DNA of 64,000 nt, taken from NCBI GenBank assembly GCA_002269645.1, contig NIVC01001424.1:186001-250000 (forward strand), given 5' to 3'. Within the stretch, counting starts at the first letter, position 1; each line of letters opens with the position of its first letter. Shown piece after piece: positions 1 to 12,700 of this stretch. The notes under the pieces were generated by a model. It was not told the origin of the DNA. It saw only the letters and a list, made by a program, of their open reading frames with translations, and did not search any database. This stretch comes from Macrostomum lignano (Eukaryota). The position numbers and the translations under genes were made by a program.

Positions 1-40
1 TGAGTCTGACACACTCTAACCACTAGGCTACAATCCCTAA

Positions 41-690
41 CTAACTACTAACAGTACCACTACTACTACTACTACTATAACTATACTACTATTAGACTAC
101 TGCTACTACTACTAACAACCATTACTATATTACCACGATACTAAAACAACAACAGAAACTACTACTACAACTACTACCTACTACTACCTACTACTACTAC
201 TGCTACTACTACCTACTACTACTACTACTACTACTGCTACTACTACCTACTACTACTACTACCTACTACTACTACCTACTACTACCTACTACTACTGCTA
301 CTACTACCTACTACTACTACTACCTACTACTACTACCTACTACTACCTACTACTACTGCTACTACTACCTACTACTACTACTACCTACTACTACTACCTA
401 CTACTACCTACTACTACTGCTACTACTACTACTACTACTGCTACTACTACTACTACCTACTACTACTGCTACTACTACTACTACTACTGCTACTACTACT
501 ACTACCTACTACTACCTACTACTACTACTACTACTGCTACTACTACTACTACCTACTACTACTGCTACTACTACTACTACCTACCTACCTACTACTACTA
601 CCTACTACTACTACTACTACTACTACTAACACTACTATACTGCTACTACTACTATAGTGCTACTACGACTATAGTAATACGACTAATAAT
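41..690. repeat. (TAC)n microsatellite with TGC/TACC interruptions
   Basis: Continuous tactactac/tacctactac runs just downstream of the NUP214 3' end. Confidence 0.95.
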
Positions 691-958
691 AACACGTTTA
701 AAATGAAATGCAACCCAAGCAAGAAAAATTTAAAATACATATCTCAGATGCACCGCTTGACGGCTTTAACAATTTGTTTTTGAAATCGTGTTATTTTTAA
801 AAAAAAATTTGGAGGGGAATTAAAATATTTTGACAATACAAATGTCGAAAATTTTAAACAACCGGTACACTGTCAGTGTAAAATACAAACAGGGGGAGCG
901 GGTAATCAACGACAATAAGTAACTACTTGAAGTAGGCCAAGCCGGGCGGGCGCAAGAC

Positions 959-1452
959 TCAGGCCCTTCGCTGACTAAAAGCCGGACTGCTTGGCTGTTG
1001 CGGCTGTTGCTGCTGTTGCTGCTGCTGCTGCTGCTGTCCGCCAAAGACGCCGCCGCCGCCAGCAGAAGCGAAGTCGCCGAAGGTCATACCGCCGCCAGCC
1101 TGCATGGCGCTGCCGAACCCGCCGAAACCTCCGCTGCTGCCGCCTCCACTGCCAAACAGACCGCCGCCTCCGACAGGCGAAGCTGGCGACGTCGACGAAG
1201 GCGAAGTGCCTGCGAATGGCGAGGCGAATTGAGGAGCCGAATTGAACAGCCCGCCAGCGGATACACCGCCGCCGCCACCTCCGCTGAAGAGGCCGCCACC
1301 GCCACCTCCGCCTCCGCTGCCAAATAGGCCGCCAGAAGTTGAAGCCGCTGCTCCCAGGACGCTGGTGCCAGAGAACAGGCTTCCGCCGCCGCTTCCGGTT
1401 TTGGCGCCAGGGCTTGCAAACGGATTAGCGGCGCTGGGTTGACTTGATGCGC
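959..1452 (-). CDS. NUP214: Nucleoporin Nup214, last exon (Gly-rich FG tail, ends SSPAFSQRRA*)
   Basis: Acceptor aaaatcctcag at 1454-1453. A phase-1 join G|GC restores the frame. Contains GLFG/GFGGFG motifs; TGA at 961-959. Confidence 0.88.
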
Positions 1453-1574
1453 CTGAGGATTTTAATATTGTTTTTGTTGTAATTACAGCAATAGTTGAAC
1501 ATGTATTTGCTACTATTGACATATGATTTCTTACAGAAACTATTCCAATTATACAAGTGCTATTAAATGATTTA

Positions 1575-2075
1575 CTAATCTATCTACTTTACGACCTATC
1601 GTATCTACTATATGACCTACCTTATCTACTATGCGACCTACCTTATTTGTATATAACCTACCGTATCCACTCTATGACCTACCATATCTACGATATGACC
1701 TACTGTATCTACTCTGTGACCTACCGACTACCGTATATACTCAGTGACCTACCGCATCTACTCTATGACCTACCGCATCTACTCTATGACCTAGCGTATC
1801 TACGATATGACCTACTGTATCTACTCTGTGACCTACTGACTACCGTATATACTCTGTGGCCTACCGCATCTACTCTATGACCTACCGTATCTACTCTATG
1901 ACCTACTATAACTACTATATGACCTACCGTATCTACTCTATGACCTACTTGACCTACTATATCTACTATACGACCTACCTTATTTGTATATGACATACCG
2001 TATCTACTTTGTGACCTACCGCATCTACTCTCTGACCTACCGCATTTACTCTCTGACCTACCGTATCTACTATCT
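1575..2075. repeat. 21-bp intronic minisatellite (ctatgacctaccgcatctact)n
   Basis: Degenerate tandem copies fill most of the NUP214 intron (1453-2345). Confidence 0.9.
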
Positions 2076-2345
2076 ACCTATCTATTGTACGATGCAACAC
2101 ATCTGTGCTATGACCCACATGTACACTATAATTTATACAATACTATATCTACACCTCCGCTCAATCAGTCACACTTACCCCAGTAACTAATAACATGCCT
2201 AACACCCTTTAAAATTTGACTCACCAAACATTAATAAAAATGTAATATACAACCTATACTCAGACAGTTAGACTCCTATCCTAGGCTGCCCTCCCCTAAA
2301 CCTCAATCAAGGTCAATTGCAAGAAAACAGCAGTAGAAGTTTCAC

Positions 2346-2452
2346 CTGCAGCGGTCGAGGAGAACAGCCCTCCGCCACCGCCGCCGCCGCCACCACCGAA
2401 GACGCTGCCACCGGCTCCGGGACCCGTTGACGATGAGCCAAACAAGCCACCT

Positions 2453-2491
<39 letters not shown>

Positions 2492-5400
2492 GTAGACAGT
2501 GACGAGAACAGCCCACCTACAGACGACAGACTAGACTGTCCCGCAGCTGCCGCGGTGGTCGTTGCTGTTGACGATGAAAACAGACCGCCGCCGCCACCAG
2601 CGCCTGCGGCTTGTGAACCGGAGAACAAGCCACCGGTGCTGCTGCCAAACAGGCCACCACCAGTATTGGGAGCACCTGTTGTAGCTGTTGTGCCAGAAAA
2701 CAGGCCACCACCAGTATTGGGAGCACCTGTTGTAGCTGTTGTGCCAGAAAACAGGCCACCACCAGTATTGGGAGCACCTGTTGTAGCTGTTGTGCCAGAA
2801 AACAGGCCACCACCAGTATTGGGAGCACCTGTTGTAGCTGTTGTGCCAGAAAACAGGCCACCACCAGTATTGGGAGCACCTGTTGTAGCTGTTGTGCCAG
2901 AAAACAGGCCACCACCAGTATTGGGAGCACCTGTTGTAGTTGTTGTGCCAGAAAACAGGCCACCACCAGTTTTGGTAGCACCTGTTGTAGCTGTTGTGCC
3001 AGAAAACAGGCCACCACCAGTATTGGGAGCACCTGTTGTAGTTGTTGTGCCAGAAAACAGGCCACCACCAGTATTGGGAGCACCTGTTGTAGTTGTTGTG
3101 CCAGAAAACAGGCCACCACCAGTATTGAGAGCACCTGTTGTAGTTGTTGTGCCAGAAAACAGGCCACCACCAGTATTGGGAGCACCTGTTGTAGCTGTTG
3201 TGCCAGAAAACAGGCCACCGGTGCTGGAGGTACTGGTTGAAGCAGCTGCAGTACCAAAAAGACCACCAGTCTTTATAGCACCGGCTGGAGCTGTTGAAGT
3301 TGCAAACAGACCACCGGTGCTGGTGGTACCGGTTGGAGCTGTAGAACTAGCAAATAGACCACCGGTGCTGGTGGTACCGGCTGGAGCTGTAGAACTAGCA
3401 AATAGACCACCGGTGCTGGTGGTACCGGCTGGAGCTGTAGAACTTGCAAATAGACCACCGGTGCTGGTGGTACCGGTTGGAGTTGTAGAACTTGCAAATA
3501 GACCACCGGTGCTGGTGGTACCGGTTGGAGCTGTAGAACTAGCAAATAGTCCACCGGTGCTGGCGGTTGTAGCAGCTGCTGAAGTTCCAAATAAACCACC
3601 GGTTCCAGGCGCAGCTGATGCACTGGTTGTTTTCCCAGAAAACAGGCCAGCAGTGCTTGAAGTGGCATGGGTAGCAGAAGTAGTTGACGAAGAAACAATG
3701 CCTGCGGCGGGTGTAACTGCTGAAGTAACAGTTGAAGTAGAAAGCAGGCCAACAGCTCCTACCGGAGATTTGCTAGCACCTGTTGTAGCTGCAGGTGAAA
3801 TCGCGTCGGTTTTAGCTGCACCTGTTGAAACCGCTGGCGCAGCAAATAGACCGGTGCCAGGTGCTGCTGCAGCTTTAGAGACTACAGCACCGGTGCTAGT
3901 TGTGACCGGTGTAGACAACAGGCCACCGGTGACAGGTGCCGCTGCAGCTGTTGGCTTAGATACTACAGCACCGGTGCTAGCTGTAACCGGTGTAGACAAC
4001 AGGCCAGCGGTGACAGGTGCCGCTGCAGCTGTTGGCTTAGATACTATAGCACCGGTGCTAGCTGTAACCGGTGTAGACAACAGGCCAGCGGTGACAGGTG
4101 CCGCTGCAGCTGTTGGCTTAGATACTACAGCACCGGTGCTAGCTGTAACCGGTGTAGACAACAATCCACCGGTTCCAGGTGCTTTAGTTGTAGTAGGCGG
4201 CATTGACAACAGACCACTGGTGGTACTAGTGCTGGTAGGAACTTTACTAACACTGGTGAAAGCAGACGGTACTGCTGTTGTTGCAGCAGGTGCCGATAGC
4301 AGAGCGCCAAGACTAGAAGGCTTTGCCGCCGCGGACACCGCTCCAGGAGCAGCAAAATTTCCTGCTGTAGGAGTGCCAGACACAGAGGAAGCGACCGGCA
4401 CTTTGAAGGGGCCGCTAGTGGATCCAACTGAAGACTGGGAAGTTGGCACCGCGGCGGGCTGCTGCGACAGCAGGCCGGTAAGCAGACTGCCACTAGGAGA
4501 AGCAGACGATGCAGTCGACTTTGGTGAATTTGGCTTGTTCTGCTGTTGTTGTTGCAGTTGTTGGCGTCGAGCAGACGCTGACGCCGCTGCCGCCGTAGAA
4601 GACATGACTTGACGAACAATTGATTCAACCAGAGCGTCCGAATTGGGCGACCCTGAAGCCGTTGACTTCGACACTGATGAACTCTTCTTGCCCTTTGGCG
4701 TCACCTCCGGAGCTGGAGGCAGTTTAGTTGGCGACGCGGCGGACGTCGTTAGCGAGCGTCGGTTCGACCGCTGCCCGAGAGCCAGTGGCGAGGTCACCGA
4801 AGTCAAGGACGCCTGCTCAAACTCCCGCTCCAGCTCATTGAGCAGGTTGGCAGCAGAGGCGGTGCCGAGGACACCGGAGGCGTTGGAACTTGACGATGCC
4901 GCAGACAGATCGTTGCCAGCAGTGGCTTGTCGAGCAGCGTCGACTCGCAGAGCAGCAAAACGATTCATGAGCTGGTCCATGGCCTCCTCCTGTTGTTGAA
5001 TGATGCGGTAATTGGTGCGGATGGTCTGATAGACTGAATGAAGCGGCGGTACCCGTCTCTGGTGCTGTTGGTGCTGCTGCTTCCTAGACGCTGTAGCCAG
5101 CCGAGCGTCCAAAGCTTCGTGCAGGCCAGCCGTGACTGTCTCCAATCGATGCAGCGTAGACTTGACAGTGCCAATCCGTTTGCGCAGGGCGGGATCCATG
5201 CCAGCCAGACCGCCAGCTGCTAGCACAAGTCGGCGTGACTTGGCATCCTGTTGCATATTGAGCAGGGCGTTAGCGTACTGCTGCGAGGCCGTATTATCGA
5301 ATACCGCAGCTTTAATAGCACGCGCTTCTGCGCTCATTTCAGCCAGGGTCTCCGATAGGCCCGGCGAGTGCTGCAGCGCAGCTTCAATCCGCTTGATAAA

Positions 5401-5564
5401 CGCTTTAGACGCGTCCGGCGAATCGAAAGCGGCCCGTTTAGAAAGCACTTCAGCGTTGGCATCCTTAGCGGACGCAATGTCCTTGTGCAAAGCCACTATC
5501 ATGCTGGAGATTTCGGCATCGTAATCCGCGGGAGTCGGAGCTGGCTGAGCCGGTGGTGGAGTTG

Positions 5565-5598
<34 letters not shown>

Positions 5599-7143
5599 GG
5601 GCTTTGGTTGCTGAGTTAATGGCGAGGCCTTGGAAGTTCGAGCAGGCTGAAGAACTGTAACAGATTGAGGCTGGGCCTGAGGCGAAGGCTGCGCTGGCGC
5701 TACTGATGATGGAGTCAAAGGCTTAGTAGTTGAAGGCGGTTTCTGAGGTTGAACTGCAGTCAACGGAGGAGGCGTCGCTAATTTGGTAGGCTCTAATACA
5801 GGCTGCTGTGGCTGCTGCTGCTTCTGAGCTGCTGGTTTCGGCGCTCGAACAGTCGGCTTAAATTCAGTCGGAGTTCTATTCAATTGCTGCCAAATATTTT
5901 TATCTGCTGTGGCGGGTGGCACAATAGCAAAGGGGCACAGATAGCCAGTGTTGGTCACTGAGTACACGTGCAGCCTAGGTGTCACTGTCTCGTCAGATGC
6001 GACTGGCACAGGAGCGGCAGGTACAGAGGAGTAGGCAAGGCCCAGACAGAAGGAATCAGTGCCGTTACTTCCAGCTGGTAGGGTGATCCGCTTTCCATAT
6101 GGCGGCAGCAGTTCGCTAACAGACGGCTCGTTGCCAAGCAGCTGCAACAGGCTGGCCTCGACTGAAGTGGACAGAGCGGCTATCAGTAGCGACCACTGAG
6201 GCACATAGGCCAACTGGTAGAATATCTGTCTACAGCCTGGCGGAGCAAACGACATGCCAATCTCGCCTAAATCAGTATAAACCGGACGGCCGGGCTCTTT
6301 TGGACAGGCCAGACAGCCGGCCGAGCCGCTCTGACCGTCCGAGGTGCCGGCCAGAAAGAATCGAAAGGTTGACAGCCACAGCAGGTTGGTGACTCCGGCA
6401 GACAAGGCGTTGCCAACAGCCTGGGTGGCGTCAATTTTTCGTTTGCAAGCCAAGTTTAAATCGAACTGTTCCAAGTGCACAAATCGCTGCTGTTGGCCTG
6501 GAGACGAACAGAAACAAGCTACCAGCTGTTTGCCTCTGGGACTCCAGCAAGCTGCAGAAATTGGCCGATTAGTCAATGAGCCAACAATGGTGACGCCTTC
6601 TCCGCTAGCTAGCGAGTACAGGCTCAGACTGCCGTCTGACAGCAAGCAGAACAGACTGTCTGACAGCTCGGGATTCCAGCCAATTTGGCTCACATAAATA
6701 TTGGCGCGTTGGGAAGCGCGGATTTCTAAGTAAGGAGCCGGAGCTGGAGCACTGGCTGAGAACCAGGCTAATTCGTACAGGCTAACAAATGCACCGCTGG
6801 GTCCTTCGGTGGCTACGGCCAACAGGCTGCTGTCAGAGTTCACAGCTAAACCTGTAGGCCTGCCCTTGGTTGTTGGAACAGTGCAGCGAAATGCGAATTT
6901 ATCAATCAACTGAGTAGATGTCTTGTGAGTAGTAAGTGTGGCTGTTTCAATATCGGCTGTATTGGTAACAACAAAGTCTGCAGCTCTGGCTGCTATGACC
7001 AGTCCCTGACTTGTGCAGGCTACAAGGCTAGTAGCAGTCGGTCTAGCCACCACATCGTTGGGATAACTTCTGCCAGCTCCCAGGTTTAGATCGATACGGC
7101 CCAGTGATAGGCATTGCAAATCTTCAATATCTTTGGTTTGCAT
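2346..7143 (-). CDS. NUP214: Nucleoporin Nup214/Nup159, 4.8-kb first coding exon
   Basis: N-terminal beta-propeller-like region (LAVNSDSSLLAV, IGWNP, WSPRGKQL), then a Pro/Gln linker, a coiled-coil region, an S/T-rich region and GGLF repeats. This is the Nup214 architecture. Donor G|GTGAA at 2345-2344. Joined CDS is 4798+494=5292 nt (1763 aa). Confidence 0.9.
2651..3211 (-). repeat. Coding tandem repeat, 11 x 51 bp (GGGLFSGTTATTGAPNT)
   Basis: Units start at 2651, 2702, 2753 and so on to 3161, near-identical at the DNA level. Confidence 0.95.
3300..3560 (-). repeat. Coding tandem repeat, ~5 x 48 bp (GGLFASSTAPAGTTST)
   Basis: 48-nt periodicity of accaccggtgctggtggtacc. Confidence 0.9.
3880..4165 (-). 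repeat. Coding tandem repeat, ~3.5 x 81 bp (GLLSTPVTASTGAVVSKPTAAAAPVTA)
   Basis: acaggcca units at about 3919, 4000 and 4081. Confidence 0.9.
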
Positions 7144-7326
7144 GCGGCCACATGAAATGACAATATTGCAAGGTTTTTAGTTTTACGAGTTTCCATGGAT
7201 GCAATAAAAAAGTGCTCAAGAATGATTACTTTTAGAGAGCAAAATTACAAAAGCATTAAATAAAGAAGATTTTAAGTTAAATGAAGAATCAGTGAAAGTG
7301 AATAAATAACTTAATACACAAGCCTA

Positions 7327-7790
7327 GGAAGTTGTAACCCAGTGCTTAGAGGGTCAGACTTAGACTTGAAGCAAGGAAATTCGATTCCTGATCCCATGCT
7401 TTGGCGCAACCTAGGGATTTACCCGGTCGTTTCTATTGGCAACACACACATGTAAGTCGTAAGTCGCTATTGGACGGAATAGTAGTCACGTGACTGCTTC
7501 CAGCCAATAGCGACATACATATGTGTGTTGCCAATAAAAACGGCCGAGTGATGCCCCAAGGTTGCGTATGTAAGCCCAATCCCATTGGAACAGTTTGTGT
7601 ACTTGAGCAAGACATTGCTTCAGTTCACCCAGCTGTAAAATGGGTGCCAGAATTAGCTGGGGCAATTGAGGGTGCGTGTGGCGACCCCCCCCCCCATTCC
7701 TTAGACTCAACAGCTACACACAGCCTTCAGATGTACCATGCAATGTGGCTGAGCTGTCAGTTGCACATCTGCCCATTAGGGGCAGGTGTA
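7327..7790 (+). mobile_element. tRNA-derived SINE, decayed copy A, interrupted by a MITE
   Basis: Degenerate A/B boxes (gttgtaacccagtgcttagag; ttcgattcc). Body aligns to the copy at 19191 (ttgagcaagac...tgcttcagttcacccagctgtaaaatgggtgccag...gttgcacatctgcccattaggg). Confidence 0.75.
7395..7570. mobile_element. Palindromic MITE (CATG...TATG termini), same family as 16557-16732
   Basis: Fold-back around agtcacgtgact, with arms gcaacc..gg..cggtcgtttctattggcaacacacacatgt. Close match to the 16.6-kb copy. TSD not clean. Confidence 0.8.
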
Positions 7791-8186
7791 ACCAATTTTT
7801 ATAATGCTTATAAATCAAAGAAAAGTTAGAAAAACAGAGCAACGTACCAGCTACCTTGAATTTGATTTTAAATAGTGATTTATAGAAAGATAGTGAAATG
7901 AAAAGCTTTGTAAATAAAATAGCATTCAAGATGGCATAATCAGAGCACAAATACAATTTGCAAATTTGCATTGTTATAACTATTTGCTTATAAAAAACAA
8001 ACCAATTTACCTAGAAGAAAATAGTCTACTAAATCAATAAGTTTAACTAACCACTTTTATTGATAATTTTCCTATATAAAATGTAAATGCTAAGTATATT
8101 TAGGTGGCAGTTTAATAAGCAATAAGATTTGGCAAAGAGTTGTAATTAAGCCATATTGCCAAAACTTATTAAATACCTCTTATATA

Positions 8187-8457
8187 CAGGGGCGTAGCCA
8201 GGATTTTTTTTTTGGGGGTATCGGTTAGCTGTTATCAGAAAGCAAGGGCTTGAGATCCACATATCCCCTTAATGTATTTCTAGTGCATAATACATATAAT
8301 TACTCTATTTGTTTGATAATTGTTATTCTTTCGATTTGGATACCTTTCTCTTCCTTAGTTAATGGTCACAATTGCAACTGAAAAAAGGAAAAAAATGTTG
8401 CTTTGGAAATTTGGGGGTATCGGCCGATATACCGATACCCCCCTCGCTACGCCCCTG
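8187..8457. mobile_element. hAT-like MITE, 271 bp
   Basis: TIR caggggcgtagc / gctacgcccctg. Perfect 8-bp TSD cttatata (8179-8186 and 8458-8465). Subterminal gggggtatcgg motifs. Confidence 0.9.
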
Positions 8458-9288
8458 CTTATATAAAAAATCTAAATAAAAATAATAATCTAAATTTGCT
8501 TCCCAGCATGGCAACAAATAAAATATAGGTCTTTGATAGTTTTAAAATGTTTTTTTTTACTTTATTAGCCCAAGTGCAATCTTTTAAACAAAACCTTATT
8601 ACATAGTAGTAGCCTCATAGTCTGATATGTATCAACTATATAAAACTAAGCCATGCACTATCTATCCATGGCAAATAAATCTACTATGACTACTAGTAAA
8701 AATTAAAAATGAATAATAATCTTTCCAACACTAACACATTAAGGAGAAAGATAAAGAAATTATGCTTTAGGTATAAAACCTTCACAGGGTCACTTTTTAA
8801 GCTTTTTCCTATAGTGCTAAAAGAGTTAATATCAAAGAGATTTAGAAATTGAGTCAAATATCATAGGGAGGATTGGAGTAAGACTAAAAAGATTCCAAAG
8901 GATAACTAGTGACTATAGATAAACATTATAGAGCTTTACTATTAGCTAATAAACAGCTTCAGGAGCTATTACAAGTGCTTGCTATTTACTCACCTATTTA
9001 TTTTGTCTCCCCTTTTTGCCATCTGCTCACTTATTTTGCCTGTTGTATTGCCATTTTGCTTGCTTGCCCTTGTGCCTAATCAACCAATGTTGTGCACTGG
9101 CCCAAGGCAAGATTTAGCCATACCAATGCTCAACACAAGAGGCCTCACTATCAAGAGCACTATGGCTCTGCCCTGGCAAGACAGCACCCACAAAAGCCTA
9201 TATGAGTATGACTGTTGGCTCAGGTTTGGCCTTTGCTTAAACCTGCCTGAGTGAGAGTCCCTAGACAAAGCATACTTGCTCCAGCATA

Positions 9289-9780
9289 TTGCAATGGGAT
9301 GCCAACAAGGCAAACAGTTTGCATGTGTGGGCATTCCAGTTGCTCACACCTGCTTTGTCCAATGCAGCTACATCAGCTGAAGTTGATCTGCACTTGGAAG
9401 TAGATTGTGGCGCCAATGAGGGCAATGGTGTCAAAGAATCTGAGAACCAGCCCGTAAAAGCAGAATCTGCTCTATTTGTGGCTCAAACTAACTCTCTTAT
9501 GCAGGCTTGCTTGCAATATTCAGTGTCAATGCCTGCAAATGACGAACCACTAGGAAGGCGGGTGCCTTTTTCTGAGCTGCAGTCCTTCCTGCTAGTTCCT
9601 GCCCGAGTTCGAGCTGACTTATACCATCGGCTAGAAGACTATAAAAAAGCTTTGGAATCTTCGACGAACTCTAAAGCAGAAAAGCAGGCAGCCGAATGCA
9701 CAGCTTGCTTTCCTCTGCTCAGAGCTCTGTTTTGCTGCATTTTTTTACTGACAGTGAGCTTGCAGCGTCTACATTTTTAG
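9289..9780 (+). other. Unassigned 163-codon ORF in a GC-richer island (possible decayed gene or TE ORF)
   Basis: Non-repetitive, protein-like ORF with stops upstream in frame. No recognisable motif. Confidence 0.25.
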
Positions 9781-12700
9781 GTTGAAAGACTTCCTCATAA
9801 AGCACTGCGCCTGCCAATTTGGCTAAAGTTGTGGCCGCACGCTTGTGGTTGAAAACAGCCGGCGTTTCCTGCTGCAATGAAGACATGCAGCGCACTTTTT
9901 CGCGGTGCGGTGAAATGGCCCGCGAACAACTAGCAATACCTAAGTGTAAAATGGCTTAGGTAGTCTATTAGGTAGTCTATATAGTCTATAATTGACATAT
10001 AGACTAAAGAAATTGACTAATGGCTTCTTTTATATTATCAAAATTGCATTACTATGTGGTTGTAAAGTTAAAAGTAAAATAAAATAGGTGTAAGAAAATT
10101 TGCTTTTATAGTCTAGAAAAAAAGAATTTTTTTCTATTTTAGTAATATATTTCAAAATTGTTTAGTTCATACTTTTTCATTCTTGTAGCTCTTATTTCTT
10201 GTAAGAAAACATTGGTGGATTTTGGGATACAATGGGACCAGTTATTTGCATTATAATTTTTAAACTGTAGTTTTAACCTTCGTTTTTAATTATAATTTAT
10301 CATGAAAACTTACTTTTCCAATTCTAAATTTTGTCACACTAGAAGAAAATAGTGGTTAATACTGCTATTTGCTCTATTTATTGTGCTTTTCCTATCATTA
10401 CAGAGACTCAATTTTGAATTATTTTATAGAGACTCAACTTTATTACAACCAAGAATTACAATCAATTACAAATAAATAGTGCCAATAATCTCACAATCTT
10501 CTATCTCTAATCTATCACCCATCATATTTTTTTCTCTAAACCCACTAAACCCATGTGACATGTCTGTTTTATTGCTTTTAATTCTATTTTTACAACATAT
10601 TTTTTGTTGTTGATATTCTATAACAAATGTTAAATGTTAATAGCATGTTTTGTCATTTTATTTTACTGCATTTTAGTTTACAAGTCATTATTTACTTTAC
10701 TGACTTCTATAACTAATGCTAGTTTTACACACAGAATATTTTACTATTCAATTTTACAGAGCTATTTCCAATGCTAAATTATATATAAATGTGGCTGCTT
10801 ATATTTGTGCTAATAAAGGATTTTTGTTATTCTATTCTATATATTTATTATTAAGTCTCAATGTGGAACAAATGCTTGGCAATTCTTAAATATATTCAGT
10901 CATTAAGAAAAAGTATATATTTATTGCTTTAATAGCATAACTGTTGCAAAAAAGTTCATGCATTCAAAAATGTTTGAGTAATATTCTTTCAAACTAAATC
11001 TAAATAGTTTACTCTGTGAGAATATATCCATAAATTATAATTGTCTACTATTTTTTAATTTGTCTTTTTTCTTTATGATTTAACAATAAAATGAAAAAAA
11101 TTAGGGGTTTGATAGGGGTAACAGGGGGGGGGGGCTAGCCCTTAATGACCCCTAGAGAACTCTTATGAAATCTTGAAGAATTAGTGACAACCCTTTAGCT
11201 AGCCCCTACCACCTAAATGTAATCTCTAGAGGCCCCCTAGATATTTTTAAGTAGGAAACAACTATAATAATGATTGTTTAACTATGATTTTATCTATCTT
11301 TTTTAGAATTAAGGACTTAGCCAATAGAGTAATTATGATAAAAATTTTGCATCTTTTTTATAGATCCCATTACTAATATTAGCTAATAGGCTTTTAGGCT
11401 CCCCTATTGGAATAAGTAGAAAAAAGGCATCCAATTATGTGTTGCAATTTTGGAATTTTCTAGTGTTGTATTGTGGCTAAAGTCAAAGCATGAAATATTG
11501 TAGTGTAATGCAGTTTTGGGTAAATAGCAAAGATAACTAGGCCTAAGGCTTCAAGACTTTGTATGAATTTAAAACTAGCATTTCTTAAGAATTATAACTG
11601 CTTCTATATAATAAAGCAAATATTTAATAAATATACTATTAATTTTTTTAAATTTAAAATACATAAATACAAATGCAAGTGGCAGCTCAAATTCTTTTTA
11701 AATTATCCTACCTCATTGGTGTCAGCTACCAATAAAAAATCTTAATCTACCTTTATTCTATACTCCTGAAGATGCTGTTATATGGGGAAAATTCTCTCCA
11801 CATCGGGGGGGGGAAGTATGCAACAAGGTCTCAAGCAGTCTAATATGGTATGCATAATATCTAGCAGAGTTGGAAAAGTTTTTGGCATGTTTTGTGCAAC
11901 AATACCACATTTCAAGTTTTTTGGCATTCCACCACTATCAGAGCTATGACTTGCTACAAAAGCTATATATCTCATAGGAATTATTAGGCTTCTAACACAT
12001 GTGATATTTTTTAAATAATTATTTTATATCAACAATAAAATAGGGAATGTTTTAGTACTAGAATAGAAGGTAATATATTATTAAGTCACTACAATATATA
12101 AGCATTTTTTCAGTGCTATTTATCTACTGTCTCTTATTAATACACCTGGTAAATTTGATCTAATCCTCCTATGCAATGTGCAAAGCAAAATTTTTTTGCA
12201 TACATAGTACATACTTGGGACTATAGTTTTTATCTAAATATGAATTTTCGCAAGAATTCATAAATAACTTAAGCGTATAGGCTAAATCTTAATAAAAGTT
12301 ATACTAACCAGTGCATAACCATAGGCTTTATTTTAAAGTATTTTAATGTATCATTTGAATTTATATACTTTTTATAATGTATCCTGCATTCCTAGAAATA
12401 ATCTATTAACTATTTTAGTCAGTGTTTATTCAGTAGTGGGTTTCCTTTTCCGTGATACTTATTGTATTTACTTTATTACTATTGTTTACTCTATGTTAAT
12501 TCCTATCATATTTGAAACACAAATGTGCTATGTTTAATATTAGGGTTTCTTGGCGCCATTGTAGTTGTAGGGTTGCTTGGCCATTCCAGAGTTCTAGTCG
12601 ATCCAGTTTTATTTTAATAATAGATCTAGTCATTATTTAGAATATATCTTAATTACTTTGATTACATAGATTGTTCAGATTCAAATATATATGAAATAAG

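Noticed and set aside
2555-4612. 685-aa + strand ORF and other ORFs overlapping NUP214
   Set aside because: These are antisense or alternate-frame shadows of stop-free coding repeats. The minus frame has the recognisable nucleoporin architecture.
11102-11239. Possible CpG-decayed hAT MITE (taggggttt...ggcccccta)
   Set aside because: Termini are too degenerate and there is no TSD.
11778-11975. ORF with TFPTL...VERIF, reminiscent of the hAT dimerisation domain
   Set aside because: Only a few residues match, spacing is off and frameshifts would be needed. An HMM search is required.
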